DNA of 52,290 bases from Chthonomonadaceae bacterium (GCA_035650735.1 DASRGZ010000188.1:1-52290), one strand, 5' to 3'; shown: positions 26,445-36,560, counted from the first letter of the stretch. Made by a program: numbers and translations. The notes: generated by a model not told the origin, from the sequence alone.

Positions 26445-28153
26445 CTGTCGTCTCCCTCCTTACTTTGCGGGGGCGATGCCAGCACCGGAAACACTGCCCG
26501 GATGGTGGTTCCCGCATCGGGGGCGCTGTGTAATTCGTAGGTGCCCCCCATCAGGCTGACACGCTCGCTCATGCCCTGCAGGCCGACACGGCCATTTTCT
26601 CCGATCTTCTCTTCCGGCACGAAACCGCATCCCCAATCGCGAACCTCCAGGACGAGTTGGGCCGCCCGGGGCCGCTCTTCTTTTTGTAGCAGCAAGAGCA
26701 CCCGCACGGCGGCGGCTTGCGCGTGTTTGCGCGTATTGGTGAGGGCTTCCTGGGCGACCCGGTACACTGCCGTCTCCAGGGTCTTATCGAAGCGTTGACC
26801 TGCAATATTATGGATCAGATCGGCGCTCTGCCAGCCCGCGCGCTGCTTTTCCTCCGCAAGCAACTGTTCCAGCGCGCCCGCCAGCCCCATCTCGTCCAGC
26901 GCCAGCGAGCGCAGGCCGTTGACCAGCCGCCGCGACTCGACGACCGCCTCTTTGAGATATTGCAGCCCCTGCTCCACCTCTCGCGCCGCTTTGGCCTGAT
27001 TGCCCGCCGCATACGCCCGACGAAACGCCTCCAGATGGGCATGAGAAGCCATTACGAACTGCGTCAGGCCGTCATGCAGGTCGTAGGCGACCGCCCGGCG
27101 CTCCTCTTCCTGCGCGGCGATCAGCCCGCTCACGAGAGCGCGCTGCCGGGAGATCATGTGCAAATTGTGAATGGCCACCGCTGCATAATCGCCCAATGCC
27201 TGCACTGCAATTTCATCGGCCTCAGTGAAGGGACCGCCCCCCTCCTTATTCGTCAGATAGAGGCTGCCCAGCACCGTATCACCGCGTCGGATAGGCACCC
27301 CGAGGAAACTCTCCATCGGCGGATGGTTGGGCGGGAAGCCTGCGGAAGCCGGGTGGTCTCCGAGACGATCAATGCGCAGCGGCTCGGTCCGCTTCAGCAG
27401 CAGGCCCAGCACCCCGACCCCTCTGGGGCGTGGGCCAATCGCGGCTTCTTCTTCCGGCGTCAGGCCTACCGTGGCAAACTCCAGCAATCCCTGTCCATCG
27501 GGGCGAGCGACTCCCAGCGCCGCATAGCGCGCCCCGGAGAGAGTACGCGCCGCCTCGGCGATATGGCGCAAGGCCTCCACCCCGGTCTGGCTGGAAAGAA
27601 TGTCCAGGGCGACGCGGCGAGCCGTTTCCATCACCAGGGAGCGGCCCTCTTCCGCCGCCTGCAGTTCCGTCAGCGCCTTGTTGGTCCTTTTGCGCTCGGT
27701 AATATCGGCAAAGATAACGATCGTGCCGCGAATCTCCCCATCCTCCACGATGGGGCGGCAGGTATATTCCACCGGGAAAGAGGTGCCATCTCGCCTCCAG
27801 AGCACCTCGGTATCCCCCTGGCAGCCCTGTCCCGTCTGAAAAGCGCGCCAGACCGGGCACTCCTGCTGCGGATAAGGAGAGCCATCCGGGCGGCTATGGT
27901 GGGTGAGAGCGTGCATATCCTGGCCCAACAGTTCTTGGCTCTTGTAGCCGAGCATCTGCGCGGCGGTTTGGTTAATGAAAGTACAGCGGCCTTGCCGATC
28001 CACGCTATAGATCCCTTCGCCCGCCGACTCCAGCAGCAGGCGGAAGTGGTCGGCCAGCCGCGCCGATTCTGCTTCCGAACGCCCAGACCGATCAGGCACG
28101 GGCATTGCAATCGCATTCGCGGGCGAGTCGTTCCTCATGTTTTTATCTGGCAT
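26441..28153 (-). CDS. Soluble PAS-GAF-HisKA_3 histidine kinase with a DosS/DevS-like heme GAF
   Basis: PAS/PAC; GAF GVGVLGLL...HPASAGFPPNHPPMESFLGVPIR...GSLYLTNK; EERRAVAYDLHDGLTQ; QEALTNTRKHA; GLQGMSER. GGAG RBS before 28153. Confidence 0.92.
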   Translation of the reverse strand: MPDKNMRNDSPANAIAMPVPDRSGRSEAESARLADHFRLLLESAGEGIYSVDRQGRCTFINQTAAQMLGYKSQELLGQDMHALTHHSRPDGSPYPQQECPVWRAFQTGQGCQGDTEVLWRRDGTSFPVEYTCRPIVEDGEIRGTIVIFADITERKRTNKALTELQAAEEGRSLVMETARRVALDILSSQTGVEALRHIAEAARTLSGARYAALGVARPDGQGLLEFATVGLTPEEEAAIGPRPRGVGVLGLLLKRTEPLRIDRLGDHPASAGFPPNHPPMESFLGVPIRRGDTVLGSLYLTNKEGGGPFTEADEIAVQALGDYAAVAIHNLHMISRQRALVSGLIAAQEEERRAVAYDLHDGLTQFVMASHAHLEAFRRAYAAGNQAKAAREVEQGLQYLKEAVVESRRLVNGLRSLALDEMGLAGALEQLLAEEKQRAGWQSADLIHNIAGQRFDKTLETAVYRVAQEALTNTRKHAQAAAVRVLLLLQKEERPRAAQLVLEVRDWGCGFVPEEKIGENGRVGLQGMSERVSLMGGTYELHSAPDAGTTIRAVFPVLASPPQSKEGDDR

Positions 28154-28345
28154 GATTTCTCCGGTTAACAGGCGCAGAGGCGTTATGGAAGCGCCATGCC
28201 CACTGTCCGCCGCCTGATAGCCACCACTAGCGGCGCTCCGTTGCCCGTTTTCTCCCGTCATTACTACGTCTGTCGCCTGGGCTGCAATTCCCGCAGGGTA
28301 AAATACCTATGGGTTAGGCACCTCCCCGAACAAGCGAGGGACAAC

Positions 28346-28792
28346 GTGACCAAAAGACTGCGGCAAAGGTTTCGGCCTGAACGTACCGGCATCAATGCGC
28401 CGTTAGGCCAGTTGGAAGAGGCCGTTATGCGCTATGTCTGGGCGTGTGGGGATGCCGGTTGCCTGGCCGCTGATGTGCAGCAGGCCTTCGAAACCGAGCA
28501 AGCAGCCGCCTTGACGACGGTACTGACGACCCTCGACAGGCTTCTGCACAAGGGAATTGTACGCCGAGAACGCGAAGGGAAAGCCTACTGCTATTGGGCG
28601 GAGGTGCCCGAGCCAGAGTTGGAGCAGCGGATCGTCGCCGGTGTCCTCGACAGCCTGATCGCGCGTTTTCCAAAGGCTGTAGCGACCTATTTCTCCCAGG
28701 CTGGCGGGGAGAGTGCCAATCTCCAAGACCTGGCCCGTCGTGTCGAAGAACTGCAACGACAGAGACAACAGGAGGAGAAGAAGGATGCTTAA
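28346..28792 (+). CDS. BlaI/MecI/CopY-family transcriptional regulator
   Basis: LGQLEEAVMRYVW...TTVLTTLDRLLHKGIVRREREGKAYCY; GTG start. Confidence 0.88.
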   Translation: MTKRLRQRFRPERTGINAPLGQLEEAVMRYVWACGDAGCLAADVQQAFETEQAAALTTVLTTLDRLLHKGIVRREREGKAYCYWAEVPEPELEQRIVAGVLDSLIARFPKAVATYFSQAGGESANLQDLARRVEELQRQRQQEEKKDA

Positions 28793-29131
28793 TCCCGTTC
28801 GATGACCCATCCTCTTCGGTGAGGCGAAGAGTGCGAATTTTCATGCCTCCTATTTTATAGGATTTCTATCTGCTTTGTCTATAAGCTCAATCCATGACTT
28901 CGTTTAACTATCAGCTTTCAAGTATTTCTTGAAGGCTGAGAGTTAGGTAGACACTCCCAGCCGTGTGGATCAATCTCACGCAGCCTGCTGCTGAGGAGAT
29001 ACGTCAACACCGTTGGGAGCGATTACCTGATGCCGCGTTAACAATTGGAAAACGACAACAACTCCCCTTCCCCGATTTGCAGGGAAGGAGGGGCGCGAGG
29101 ATCAAGCAGGAATAAGCAGGGTGGGAAAACG

Positions 29132-29878
29132 ATGGCTGACGTATCTTCCCTTAACGAATTCTGGAAATCAATTGCGCCCGGCGAGCGGATTTTTGAACGC
29201 GGTCAGCTGGTGGGTCTTCCCGACCCGGCACGGCGCTATTTGGAATATGCCATCGCGCCCGGCACCCGGCTCGCGTCGGCGATTCGGCTGCGAATGCAGG
29301 GCCAGATCAAGTTAAGGCGCTGGCTTCCCTTCACGGCGGAGCAGGTCATCGGCTGGAAGCGTGGAATGATCTGGCGCGCTACCGTACGCATGCATGGGAT
29401 ACCTATCCGGGGCTTTGATCGCCTTATCAACGGCGAAGGGGAGATGCAATGGAAGATTCTGGGGCTCCTGCCTCTCGTGAGCGCGGCAGGACCGGACATC
29501 ACACGCTCGGCGGCGGGCCGGGTCGCGGCGGAGACCGTCTGGCTGCCCTCCGTGCTCTGCCATGAAGAGGTGACATGGACGGCGCCGGACTCGTCCCATG
29601 CACAGGCCCACCTCACGGTCGAAAGCGAGAGCGTGGAGCTTTCCTTTGGCATCAACGGCACCGGCCAGCTTGAGAGCGTCACGCTGAAGCGATGGGGCAA
29701 TCCGGAGGGCGGCGCATATCATTACGCGGACTTCGGCGGCTTTGCCGAGAGGGAAGGCACCTTCGACGGTTATACTATTCCAACCCAGTTGCGTATCGGA
29801 TGGTATCCCGGCACCGAGCGCTTCGAGTCGGAAGGCGAGTTCTTCCGCTGCCAGATTGATCATGCCGAGTTCCGTTAA
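29132..29878 (+). CDS. Conserved hypothetical protein (DUF6920/DUF6544-like)
   Basis: LPDPARRYL...WLPFTAEQ...GEMQWKILGLLP...AAETVWLPSVL. Confidence 0.75.
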   Translation: MADVSSLNEFWKSIAPGERIFERGQLVGLPDPARRYLEYAIAPGTRLASAIRLRMQGQIKLRRWLPFTAEQVIGWKRGMIWRATVRMHGIPIRGFDRLINGEGEMQWKILGLLPLVSAAGPDITRSAAGRVAAETVWLPSVLCHEEVTWTAPDSSHAQAHLTVESESVELSFGINGTGQLESVTLKRWGNPEGGAYHYADFGGFAEREGTFDGYTIPTQLRIGWYPGTERFESEGEFFRCQIDHAEFR

Positions 29879-30004
29879 GCACTACCGATGGGAAGAGCAC
29901 CCATCCTGGAGAACGGCCCTTCGTCCGCATCCGAGTGCAGAGCGTTCGATTGAGCGCAATTGATGGGCGAAGGGAGTCCGAAGTGGATCTTCCAGGATTC
30001 AGGC

Positions 30005-31093
30005 TCACTGCCTTCCTCTTGAGCCAGCGTTCACAGGGTCGGAAGATCCTGCTCCTTTCCTCTTGGCCGCTTCCTGCACGAACGCGCGTTCCTCAGCATC
30101 AAGCTGGGCGAACAGCGGTCCCTCGCGCAGGTCGAAGCAACGGCGAGGCCGTCCATCCGGGGCCGAGCGTGTCGCGCCGTTGTGGAAGCACCAGCCCGCC
30201 GCTCCGCCCGCCCGCGCCCCCTGTAAGTCGGCGGCGAAGTCCCCGGCGCGCATCTGCCACGCGCTATACCCCCGACGAAACGGCTCCTGATAGTGAATGG
30301 GAACCTCACGCCCCAGCGCGCGTATCCACCCTTGAACCTCCTTCGTCCGGGCCTCTGTCTGACCGGGAGATTGAGGGTCGCGCGGTCGGTGCGGACAGAG
30401 GAAGTCAAGCCGTGCCTCCAGCAGATAAGCCCGAACGTCCTCACGACCGAGGTCGCCTCCGTGAGAAGCCGTAACAAGCCGACCGGGGTCCAGCCGCTTT
30501 ACCACATTACGCAGTTGTGCCAGATCCGCCACAGGCGTATGGCGCTTGTCGGTGATATTGCGCTCGTTGGCAAGGTCCAGATACCAGTTGCGCCAGGGCT
30601 TGAGCGCAGTCAGAATCGTTTCCACCGCCCGCCGATGCGCGGCCAATGTTTGCAGGACGGGCGTGCCCGTTGCGCTCTCGCCGCGCGAGAGGGTGACGTC
30701 CACAACCAGGTCCCGCCGGTCGCACTCGGCCAGCAGCGCCTTGAGCTTGCCCAGATACGGCTCGCGTGGGCGGCCCTCACCGTCCACTGCGGACACGTCG
30801 CTGCCAAAGGCGTTCCAGGTCGCCCAGACGCGCAGCCAGTTAAAGCCGCTCTGCTGCATCCAATCCAGGTCTGCTTTCCAGATCTGCTCGGAAGCGCCCA
30901 GCGCGCCATAGTAGCTACAGCCATAGAGGAAGGTTGGCTTGCCGTTGAGAGTGAAGAGCGTGCCCTGAATGCCCAGCGCGGTGGATCGTCTCTGCGTGGG
31001 CGCAGCAGGGGTAGGACTGCTGGCGCTGGATTGCAGGGCCAGTATACAAACCGCCGCGACTATGGTGGTGAAGAGGCAGGACAGAGAAGTCAT
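30005..31093 (-). CDS. Secreted clan-A (GH5-like) TIM-barrel glycoside hydrolase-like protein
   Basis: Signal peptide; FTLNGKPTFLYG, GFNWLRVW, LDLANE (acid/base candidate), HYQEP (nucleophile candidate). Confidence 0.65.
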   Translation of the reverse strand: MTSLSCLFTTIVAAVCILALQSSASSPTPAAPTQRRSTALGIQGTLFTLNGKPTFLYGCSYYGALGASEQIWKADLDWMQQSGFNWLRVWATWNAFGSDVSAVDGEGRPREPYLGKLKALLAECDRRDLVVDVTLSRGESATGTPVLQTLAAHRRAVETILTALKPWRNWYLDLANERNITDKRHTPVADLAQLRNVVKRLDPGRLVTASHGGDLGREDVRAYLLEARLDFLCPHRPRDPQSPGQTEARTKEVQGWIRALGREVPIHYQEPFRRGYSAWQMRAGDFAADLQGARAGGAAGWCFHNGATRSAPDGRPRRCFDLREGPLFAQLDAEERAFVQEAAKRKGAGSSDPVNAGSRGRQ

Positions 31094-31245
31094 GGAGCTT
31101 GTGTCCGATCCGGTCGGTTTTGTTGATAATCGGCTAGGCTTGCAGCCACTTTGATCGGCTACGTCCGCGCATTCAGGGGACGCTAAACAGCCCCCTTTCC
31201 ATCGTAAGAGCCTCCGCTGCCACGCCCACGAGCTCAGGAGGCCAT

Positions 31246-32193
31246 CTATTGCCTGAGAATAGTCGCCCAATCCGGAGCGGCAGGCAGGGGCGGGCAGCCT
31301 GCGGCGCGCAGGGCTTCGTTGCCGTCGCGTCCGCCTGGAGCGACGAAGACAGGGCGGCCTAGCTCCTGCGCGCGAAGACATTCGCGGACCATGTTGCCTC
31401 CTGCGCGCACATCCAGCCCAATGATGAGGTCAGCCAGGGCGAAGACCAGGCGGTCGCGGCGGCGGTTGTTGGCGCCGAGCCCGTGATCGTCGAGGCGGAA
31501 GGGCGAGAGGGCCAGGTCGCGCTCCGGAACGAAGACGGCCTCTCGAATGCGGGCGGCGGAGAAGGGTGGGCGGTCGAACTGCGGTCCGAGCGCTTCCCGC
31601 AGGCCCCGGTCGAACACGTAGAGAATAGGCCGGTTCTGGCGCTGTGCGGCGAGGGCGAGGCGCTGGTAGGGCAGGCGGTCGTGGCCGGTGACGGGAATGC
31701 CTCCGGCTTGCACCAGCGCGGCGGCGAGCTCTTCCAAGCGCGCCAGCGTAGGCAGTGGCGCGCCGTTGGAGACGGCGATGGTGAAGGTGAAGCGCGGCGG
31801 ATCGGCGTCCTGCGTATCGAGCAGGGGCAGGCAGCCGAGGGCGTAGAGGACGGGCGGGGGCGCATCATCGAAGCGCTCGATTCGGTGAGGATAAGCGGCG
31901 CTAGCGAGAGGAAGCAGGTGCAGCGGATAGAGGCGGAGGAGGCGGACAAGCTCGGCGCTGTGGGCCAGCAGCCGGGCGCGATGCCGGCAGAGATAGGCGG
32001 CGGCCTGTGGGCGCAGATCGTAGCGCCGCTGCCACTCGGCGGCGGGAAGAGTCAGGCACTCTTCCGGGACGAGGCGGCGTTGGGCGTGCAGGTGGAGCAG
32101 GCGGGCCAACGCTTTCTCGCCGAGGTGGGGCACGCTGTGCAACAGAAGGATAAACTGGGTGGTGCTGAGGGGCTCTGCGGCGTCGCGGTTCAT
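31246..32193 (-). CDS. dprA: DNA-processing protein DprA-like
   Basis: YPHRI...PPPVLYALG; NNRRRDRLVFALAD...GG...A.ELGRPVFV..G...GNEAL. Confidence 0.8.
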   Translation of the reverse strand: MNRDAAEPLSTTQFILLLHSVPHLGEKALARLLHLHAQRRLVPEECLTLPAAEWQRRYDLRPQAAAYLCRHRARLLAHSAELVRLLRLYPLHLLPLASAAYPHRIERFDDAPPPVLYALGCLPLLDTQDADPPRFTFTIAVSNGAPLPTLARLEELAAALVQAGGIPVTGHDRLPYQRLALAAQRQNRPILYVFDRGLREALGPQFDRPPFSAARIREAVFVPERDLALSPFRLDDHGLGANNRRRDRLVFALADLIIGLDVRAGGNMVRECLRAQELGRPVFVAPGGRDGNEALRAAGCPPLPAAPDWATILRQ

Positions 32194-32723
32194 GGCCTAT
32201 GCCTCGTCCTGGGATTTGAAATGAGCGTCTCTCTATAATGCTGCAAATTCACCAGAGAATGCTTGCCTTCCTGCTTTGGCGTGGAGCGTTGCCGGTAGGC
32301 GCAGAGAGCCGCTTTGGATGAGTATTTCAGGCAATGGAAACAAGAACGCTTTGTTGTGTAGTATTATACAATAGAGCTAATGATTCAGGCATCGTTAGCT
32401 TTCCCAATCCGGCGTATGCCGGGAGGGATCGGAGCGGTGAGCAACCTAGGGAACGCTTGAATTACCAGTTTTTGGATAATTCTTTAGTCAGGATGACACT
32501 CCTGGCCACTCTGACCTTGAGTTAGGTGGCCAAGTAGGGTAAACTTCCTGGGGATATTGTAACAAAATTGGTTCTGTAACGCCCTAATCCATTGGGAGCG
32601 GACAGAAAGCGAAACGAAAAACGCTTGCGCACGCTAGAGTCCGATTGCATACCGTTCCGCAAGGCCAAGAGAACGGTGAGAACAACCGAGCATCAATGAG
32701 CTTACAGAGAGGGATGGTACCGC

Positions 32724-33206
32724 GTGGAAACGACACAAGAGAAACGAAGAAAGTATATCGGGGTAGGGGGCGATGATGTCCCTTCCCTGGGAGTGCTGGA
32801 GGGAGATATCCTCCGGCTGCTATGGGATGCAGGCGAGCCGCAGTCTTCGGTGCAGGTCTATGAGGCCATGCATTTTTCCCGGCGGCTAGAGAAGCGAGAG
32901 ATGCAGTCGCCATCCACGATCGCGGTGACGTTGAGCCGCATGGTGGAGAAGGGCCTGCTGACGGTGGAGCGCCGGCCGCGTGGAGGCAAGGGCTATTACG
33001 GCCCGACCCGCTCGCGCGCCGAGGTCGTCGCGGCAGTCATGGACGACGTGAGCCGCCGGCTGACGGGGCAGCCACTGGGGTATCTGCTTAAGCGTCTGCA
33101 CTCTAATGAGACGGCTGCGCACAACGATGGACTGGATGATCTGGTAGCAGAATTGCGCCGGGTCGAGCAGGAAGATTGTGCCCCGGCCCCGCCAGAGAAT
33201 GAATAA
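32724..33206 (+). CDS. BlaI/MecI/CopY-family transcriptional regulator
   Basis: LGVLEGDILRLLW...STIAVTLSRMVEKGLL. Confidence 0.82.
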   Translation: METTQEKRRKYIGVGGDDVPSLGVLEGDILRLLWDAGEPQSSVQVYEAMHFSRRLEKREMQSPSTIAVTLSRMVEKGLLTVERRPRGGKGYYGPTRSRAEVVAAVMDDVSRRLTGQPLGYLLKRLHSNETAAHNDGLDDLVAELRRVEQEDCAPAPPENE

Positions 33207-33258
33207 AAGACAGGGCCGTCAATGACTATCTGTCAACGATAAAGCAGGGATTGCGGAA

Positions 33259-33297
33259 GGAGCGCCCGGCCAGCACACTATGCTGGCCGGGCGCTCC
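33259..33297 (+). terminator. Hairpin after the regulator gene
   Basis: 17-bp stem GGAGCGCCCGGCCAGCA/TGCTGGCCGGGCGCTCC. Confidence 0.5.
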
Positions 33298-33582
33298 GGC
33301 GTTTGGAAGTAAGAGGAAGAATGGGGCGCAAGCATATCAACCGGGTTTGGCGCGGCGATTGGAGGTTCTGGCTTGCGGCATGGAATAATCCTGAGGCGGG
33401 CAGAAGAGACCGCCCGCGATGACTACTCGGCCAGATTCAGGGCCGCACCGTTTGGCCCGGGACCTTCAGCTCTGCGTTTCAGGAGGGACACCTGCAGGAT
33501 GCGCGCGCCAGCTTCTATCCGGCGGTTTCGCTCCGACGAGCCGAGTCCGGTCGGGAGGCGAACGGCGCCTAAGGACGATTCC

Positions 33583-34722
33583 ATGCATACACTCGATACG
33601 ACGCTAACCACTATAGATATGCTGACGCTCGATGGGCTGCTGACGTATGCGGCCGCCCAGAACGCATCCGATATTTTCCTCAAGGCGGGCGCGCCGCCCG
33701 GGCTGCGGGTGCTGGGGCGCGTTGTGAAGACGCCTTTTCCATCGCTTTCGCCCGAAGAGACGCTTCGGCTAGCCTACGAGCACGCAACATCTGCCCAGCA
33801 GAAGCACTTTGAGCAGACCTGCGAGCTTAATCTTTCGTTTACGGTGGAAGGCGTGGCGCGCATCCGGCAGAATATCTACCGGGAGCGCGGCGGCGTGGCG
33901 ACCACCTGCCGACTGATGCCTTTGCGGGTGCGCTCTCTGGAAGAGATCGGAGTTCATAGCCAGGCCATTCGCCAGATGACGACCGCCTCCAACGGCCTGG
34001 TGCTGGTCACCGGGCCGACGGGTTCGGGCAAGACGACAACGCTGGCGGGCATGATTGACTTTATTAACGCCAACCGTCCCGTCAACATCATCACGATTGA
34101 AGACCCCATAGAATACCTTTACACGGACAAGCTGGCGATGGTCAGCCAGCGGGAGGTCGGCCTGGACACCCTGAGCTTTCAGGAAGCGCTCAAGCAGGTG
34201 CTCCGCCAGACTCCCGACGTGATCCTGATCGGCGAGATGCGGGACATGGAGACGCTGAACGTGGCGCTGCAGGCGGCGGAGACGGGCCATCTGGTATTTG
34301 CGACCCTGCATACCTCCAGCGCGGCGGAGACTCTGGACCGCATCTCGAATATGTACGCCCCGCATGAGCGCCCGATGCTGTGGCTGCGCCTATCGGTCTG
34401 TCTGCGTGGGGTGGTCTCGCAGAAGCTGGTCAAGAAGGCCGACGACAGCGGCCGGGTGGTGGCTCAGGAGATTATGGTGGTGACGCCGACGATCTCGAAG
34501 CTGCTGGAGGAGGGCAAGTCGGAGGACCTGTATGCGGCGATCCGGCAGGACGGGCAGGAGGGCTATTGGGGCATGCAGACGATGAACCAGTGCCTGGAAC
34601 GCCTGGCCTGTGAGGGGGTAATTACGGAGGCGGACGCGCTGGCGAAGGCCGGCAACCTGAGCGAATTGAAGCAGATGCTGCGGCGGAGCCTGGGCAGCGG
34701 CGAGGCGCACCGGGCCGCATAA
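33583..34722 (+). CDS. pilT: PilT/PilU-family type IV pilus retraction ATPase
   Basis: GPTGSGKTTT, TIEDPIE, QREVG.DT, PDVILIGEMRD, AETGHLVFATLHT, GMQTM. Confidence 0.93.
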   Translation: MHTLDTTLTTIDMLTLDGLLTYAAAQNASDIFLKAGAPPGLRVLGRVVKTPFPSLSPEETLRLAYEHATSAQQKHFEQTCELNLSFTVEGVARIRQNIYRERGGVATTCRLMPLRVRSLEEIGVHSQAIRQMTTASNGLVLVTGPTGSGKTTTLAGMIDFINANRPVNIITIEDPIEYLYTDKLAMVSQREVGLDTLSFQEALKQVLRQTPDVILIGEMRDMETLNVALQAAETGHLVFATLHTSSAAETLDRISNMYAPHERPMLWLRLSVCLRGVVSQKLVKKADDSGRVVAQEIMVVTPTISKLLEEGKSEDLYAAIRQDGQEGYWGMQTMNQCLERLACEGVITEADALAKAGNLSELKQMLRRSLGSGEAHRAA

Positions 34723-34735
34723 GGGACTCTTTTTT

Positions 34736-34974
34736 CGACGGGTTAGAAACCCTTCGCTCTAGAGCTCTGCCAGGGTCGGGCCTGCCATGGTTGGGCCCTC
34801 TGCCTTGCGAGGCCCTTGCCTCCGCCTAGCCACACCTGTCGAGGCTGGGTGTCCCTCCGGGACACAGACCGCCTCCCCTCTCCTTGAGAAGGAGAGGGGC
34901 CGGGGGTGAGGTCGTCCTGCCAGCAGGGACACACGGCGCGTAGCGCCCTACAACGAAGGGTTTCTAACCCGTCG
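34736..34974. repeat. REPIN/MITE-like element bounded by 21-bp perfect inverted repeats
   Basis: CGACGGGTTAGAAACCCTTCG (34736-34756) and CGAAGGGTTTCTAACCCGTCG (34954-34974); nested CCCCTCTCC...GGAGAGGGG hairpin; related end near 52050-52070. Confidence 0.7.
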
Positions 34975-35040
34975 CAACTTCATTCCGTCGCTACAACCGA
35001 TCTGTCCGCCCCTGTCTCCGAATTCGGGGGCGGGAGCACC

Positions 35041-35313
35041 CTACTCTCTTTTTCCTCGCGTGCGGGGGTTCGGGTCCTGGGAAGTGCCGGTAATGTTGCC
35101 GCTCGGCCCCTGAACATCCTCCTCACCGACCACTCCAGAAATATTCTCCGCGCTGCGGTAGCCGGTAGGCGTGGGATGCTGTTTCCCGACGCCGTAGCGG
35201 TGGGCCTTGCCTTCTGTTTTCCCCTGAGGGCGTTGCGTATGGCTCTGCTGTCCTGTCGTATCCTCGGCAGGCAGGCTGCTGATGTTCTCGTTTTCCCGAT
35301 CTGGCTGTTCCAT
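35041..35313 (-). CDS. Small hydrophilic hypothetical protein
   Basis: GAGGAAGAG RBS; fills an otherwise empty gap; no recognised domain. Confidence 0.45.
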   Translation of the reverse strand: MEQPDRENENISSLPAEDTTGQQSHTQRPQGKTEGKAHRYGVGKQHPTPTGYRSAENISGVVGEEDVQGPSGNITGTSQDPNPRTRGKRE

Positions 35314-35723
35314 AGCGCGCTCTTCCTCGCAGGCTGAAACTGCGGATACGACTGCCGGGGTCCCGCCGGAGTTCCCTTATTTGGTTTCGGCAAGCCCTTC
35401 CATGCGAGGTAGCGGGCGAATAAATTCACAGCAACCAAGCACAAAGTCGCCCTACAGCGACTAAAGACCTCATCCCCGACCCCTCTCATTCAAAAGGAGA
35501 GGGGAGAATGTGAGTAGCCAGGCCCCTCCCTTACGAAGGAGGGGTGGCCGTAGGCCGAGGTGAGGTCGGAGTCCGCGGAAACGGACTTTGTGATCTTGTT
35601 GCTGCGGCTTGAGCCGCCCGAAAGCAAAGAGGATTTCAAGCGTATGCCTGCCAATTATCCGCTGAACGTGTTTGCCTGCTTCCGAGGATACCGGACGGCA
35701 GAAGAGGGCTGAAGGAGGGCGAG

Positions 35724-36560
35724 ATGGTGGAGCAAAGGCTGGAAGAGCGCTTGCTGGAATTGGAGATTGCAGGCTATACGGTTCTGGAGGGCATGCTGAC
35801 GCCGGAGGAGTGCGCGGAGGCGCGGCGGGAACTGGACCGCATTTTTGAGGTAGAAAAGGACTTACCCGGCGCTCCTCACGGCCCCTATGCCGCGCAATCC
35901 TATAACCTGATGAACAAGGCGCGCATCTTCGAGCGTCTCTATCAGTTGACGCCGCTGTTGCGGCTGGTGCGCTTTTTTCTGGGCGAGGATGCGGTGCTCA
36001 GTTCTGTGCAGGCGCATCGCATCCTGCCGGGCGCACCGGTCCAGCAGCTCCACTACGACGGCACGCTAACCGGGCCGTTCAAGTCGGTGGCCGAGGCCGA
36101 TAAAGGAACGCGGATCGTCAGCCACGTGCTGGGGTTCAATGTGGTCTTCTGCATCACGGATTTTACGCGCACCAACGGGGCGACGCGCGTAGTTCCCGGC
36201 AGCCATCGCTATCCGGGCCGAGAGGTTCCGCACGAAGCGCCGGTTCCCAACGAGAAGATCGTGGAGGCGCGGCGCGGCTCCGTGCTGGTGTTCAATATCG
36301 CCACATGGCATGGGGCCTCCGCCAATACGAGCCAGGAGATCCGGGATGCGATCATGACGCCCTGGCGGCGCAGCTGGATACGCCCGGAGGCCGACCTGTC
36401 GCGCGTGGTTTCGCCGAAGGTGCTGGCGCGGGCAGGCGAGGAGGGACGCCGGATTTTCGGGTTCTCCTCGCGCGCGCCGTATGTGGAGCGCTGGCAGTGG
36501 GACATGGCGCAGGGCCGGCCCACGGACGCCTGGCGGCATCTGGATAGGGATGCGGTATGA
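35724..36560 (+). CDS. Phytanoyl-CoA dioxygenase (PhyH) family Fe(II)/2OG oxygenase
   Basis: LHYD, DFT..NGATRVVPGSH, WHGASAN...R. Confidence 0.92.
   Translation: MVEQRLEERLLELEIAGYTVLEGMLTPEECAEARRELDRIFEVEKDLPGAPHGPYAAQSYNLMNKARIFERLYQLTPLLRLVRFFLGEDAVLSSVQAHRILPGAPVQQLHYDGTLTGPFKSVAEADKGTRIVSHVLGFNVVFCITDFTRTNGATRVVPGSHRYPGREVPHEAPVPNEKIVEARRGSVLVFNIATWHGASANTSQEIRDAIMTPWRRSWIRPEADLSRVVSPKVLARAGEEGRRIFGFSSRAPYVERWQWDMAQGRPTDAWRHLDRDAV

Noticed and set aside
33530..33572. Guanidine-III or SAH riboswitch (ACGAG...ACGGCGC)
   Set aside because: The complementary GCGCCGU pseudoknot strand and SAH 5' motif are missing, and the gene context does not fit.
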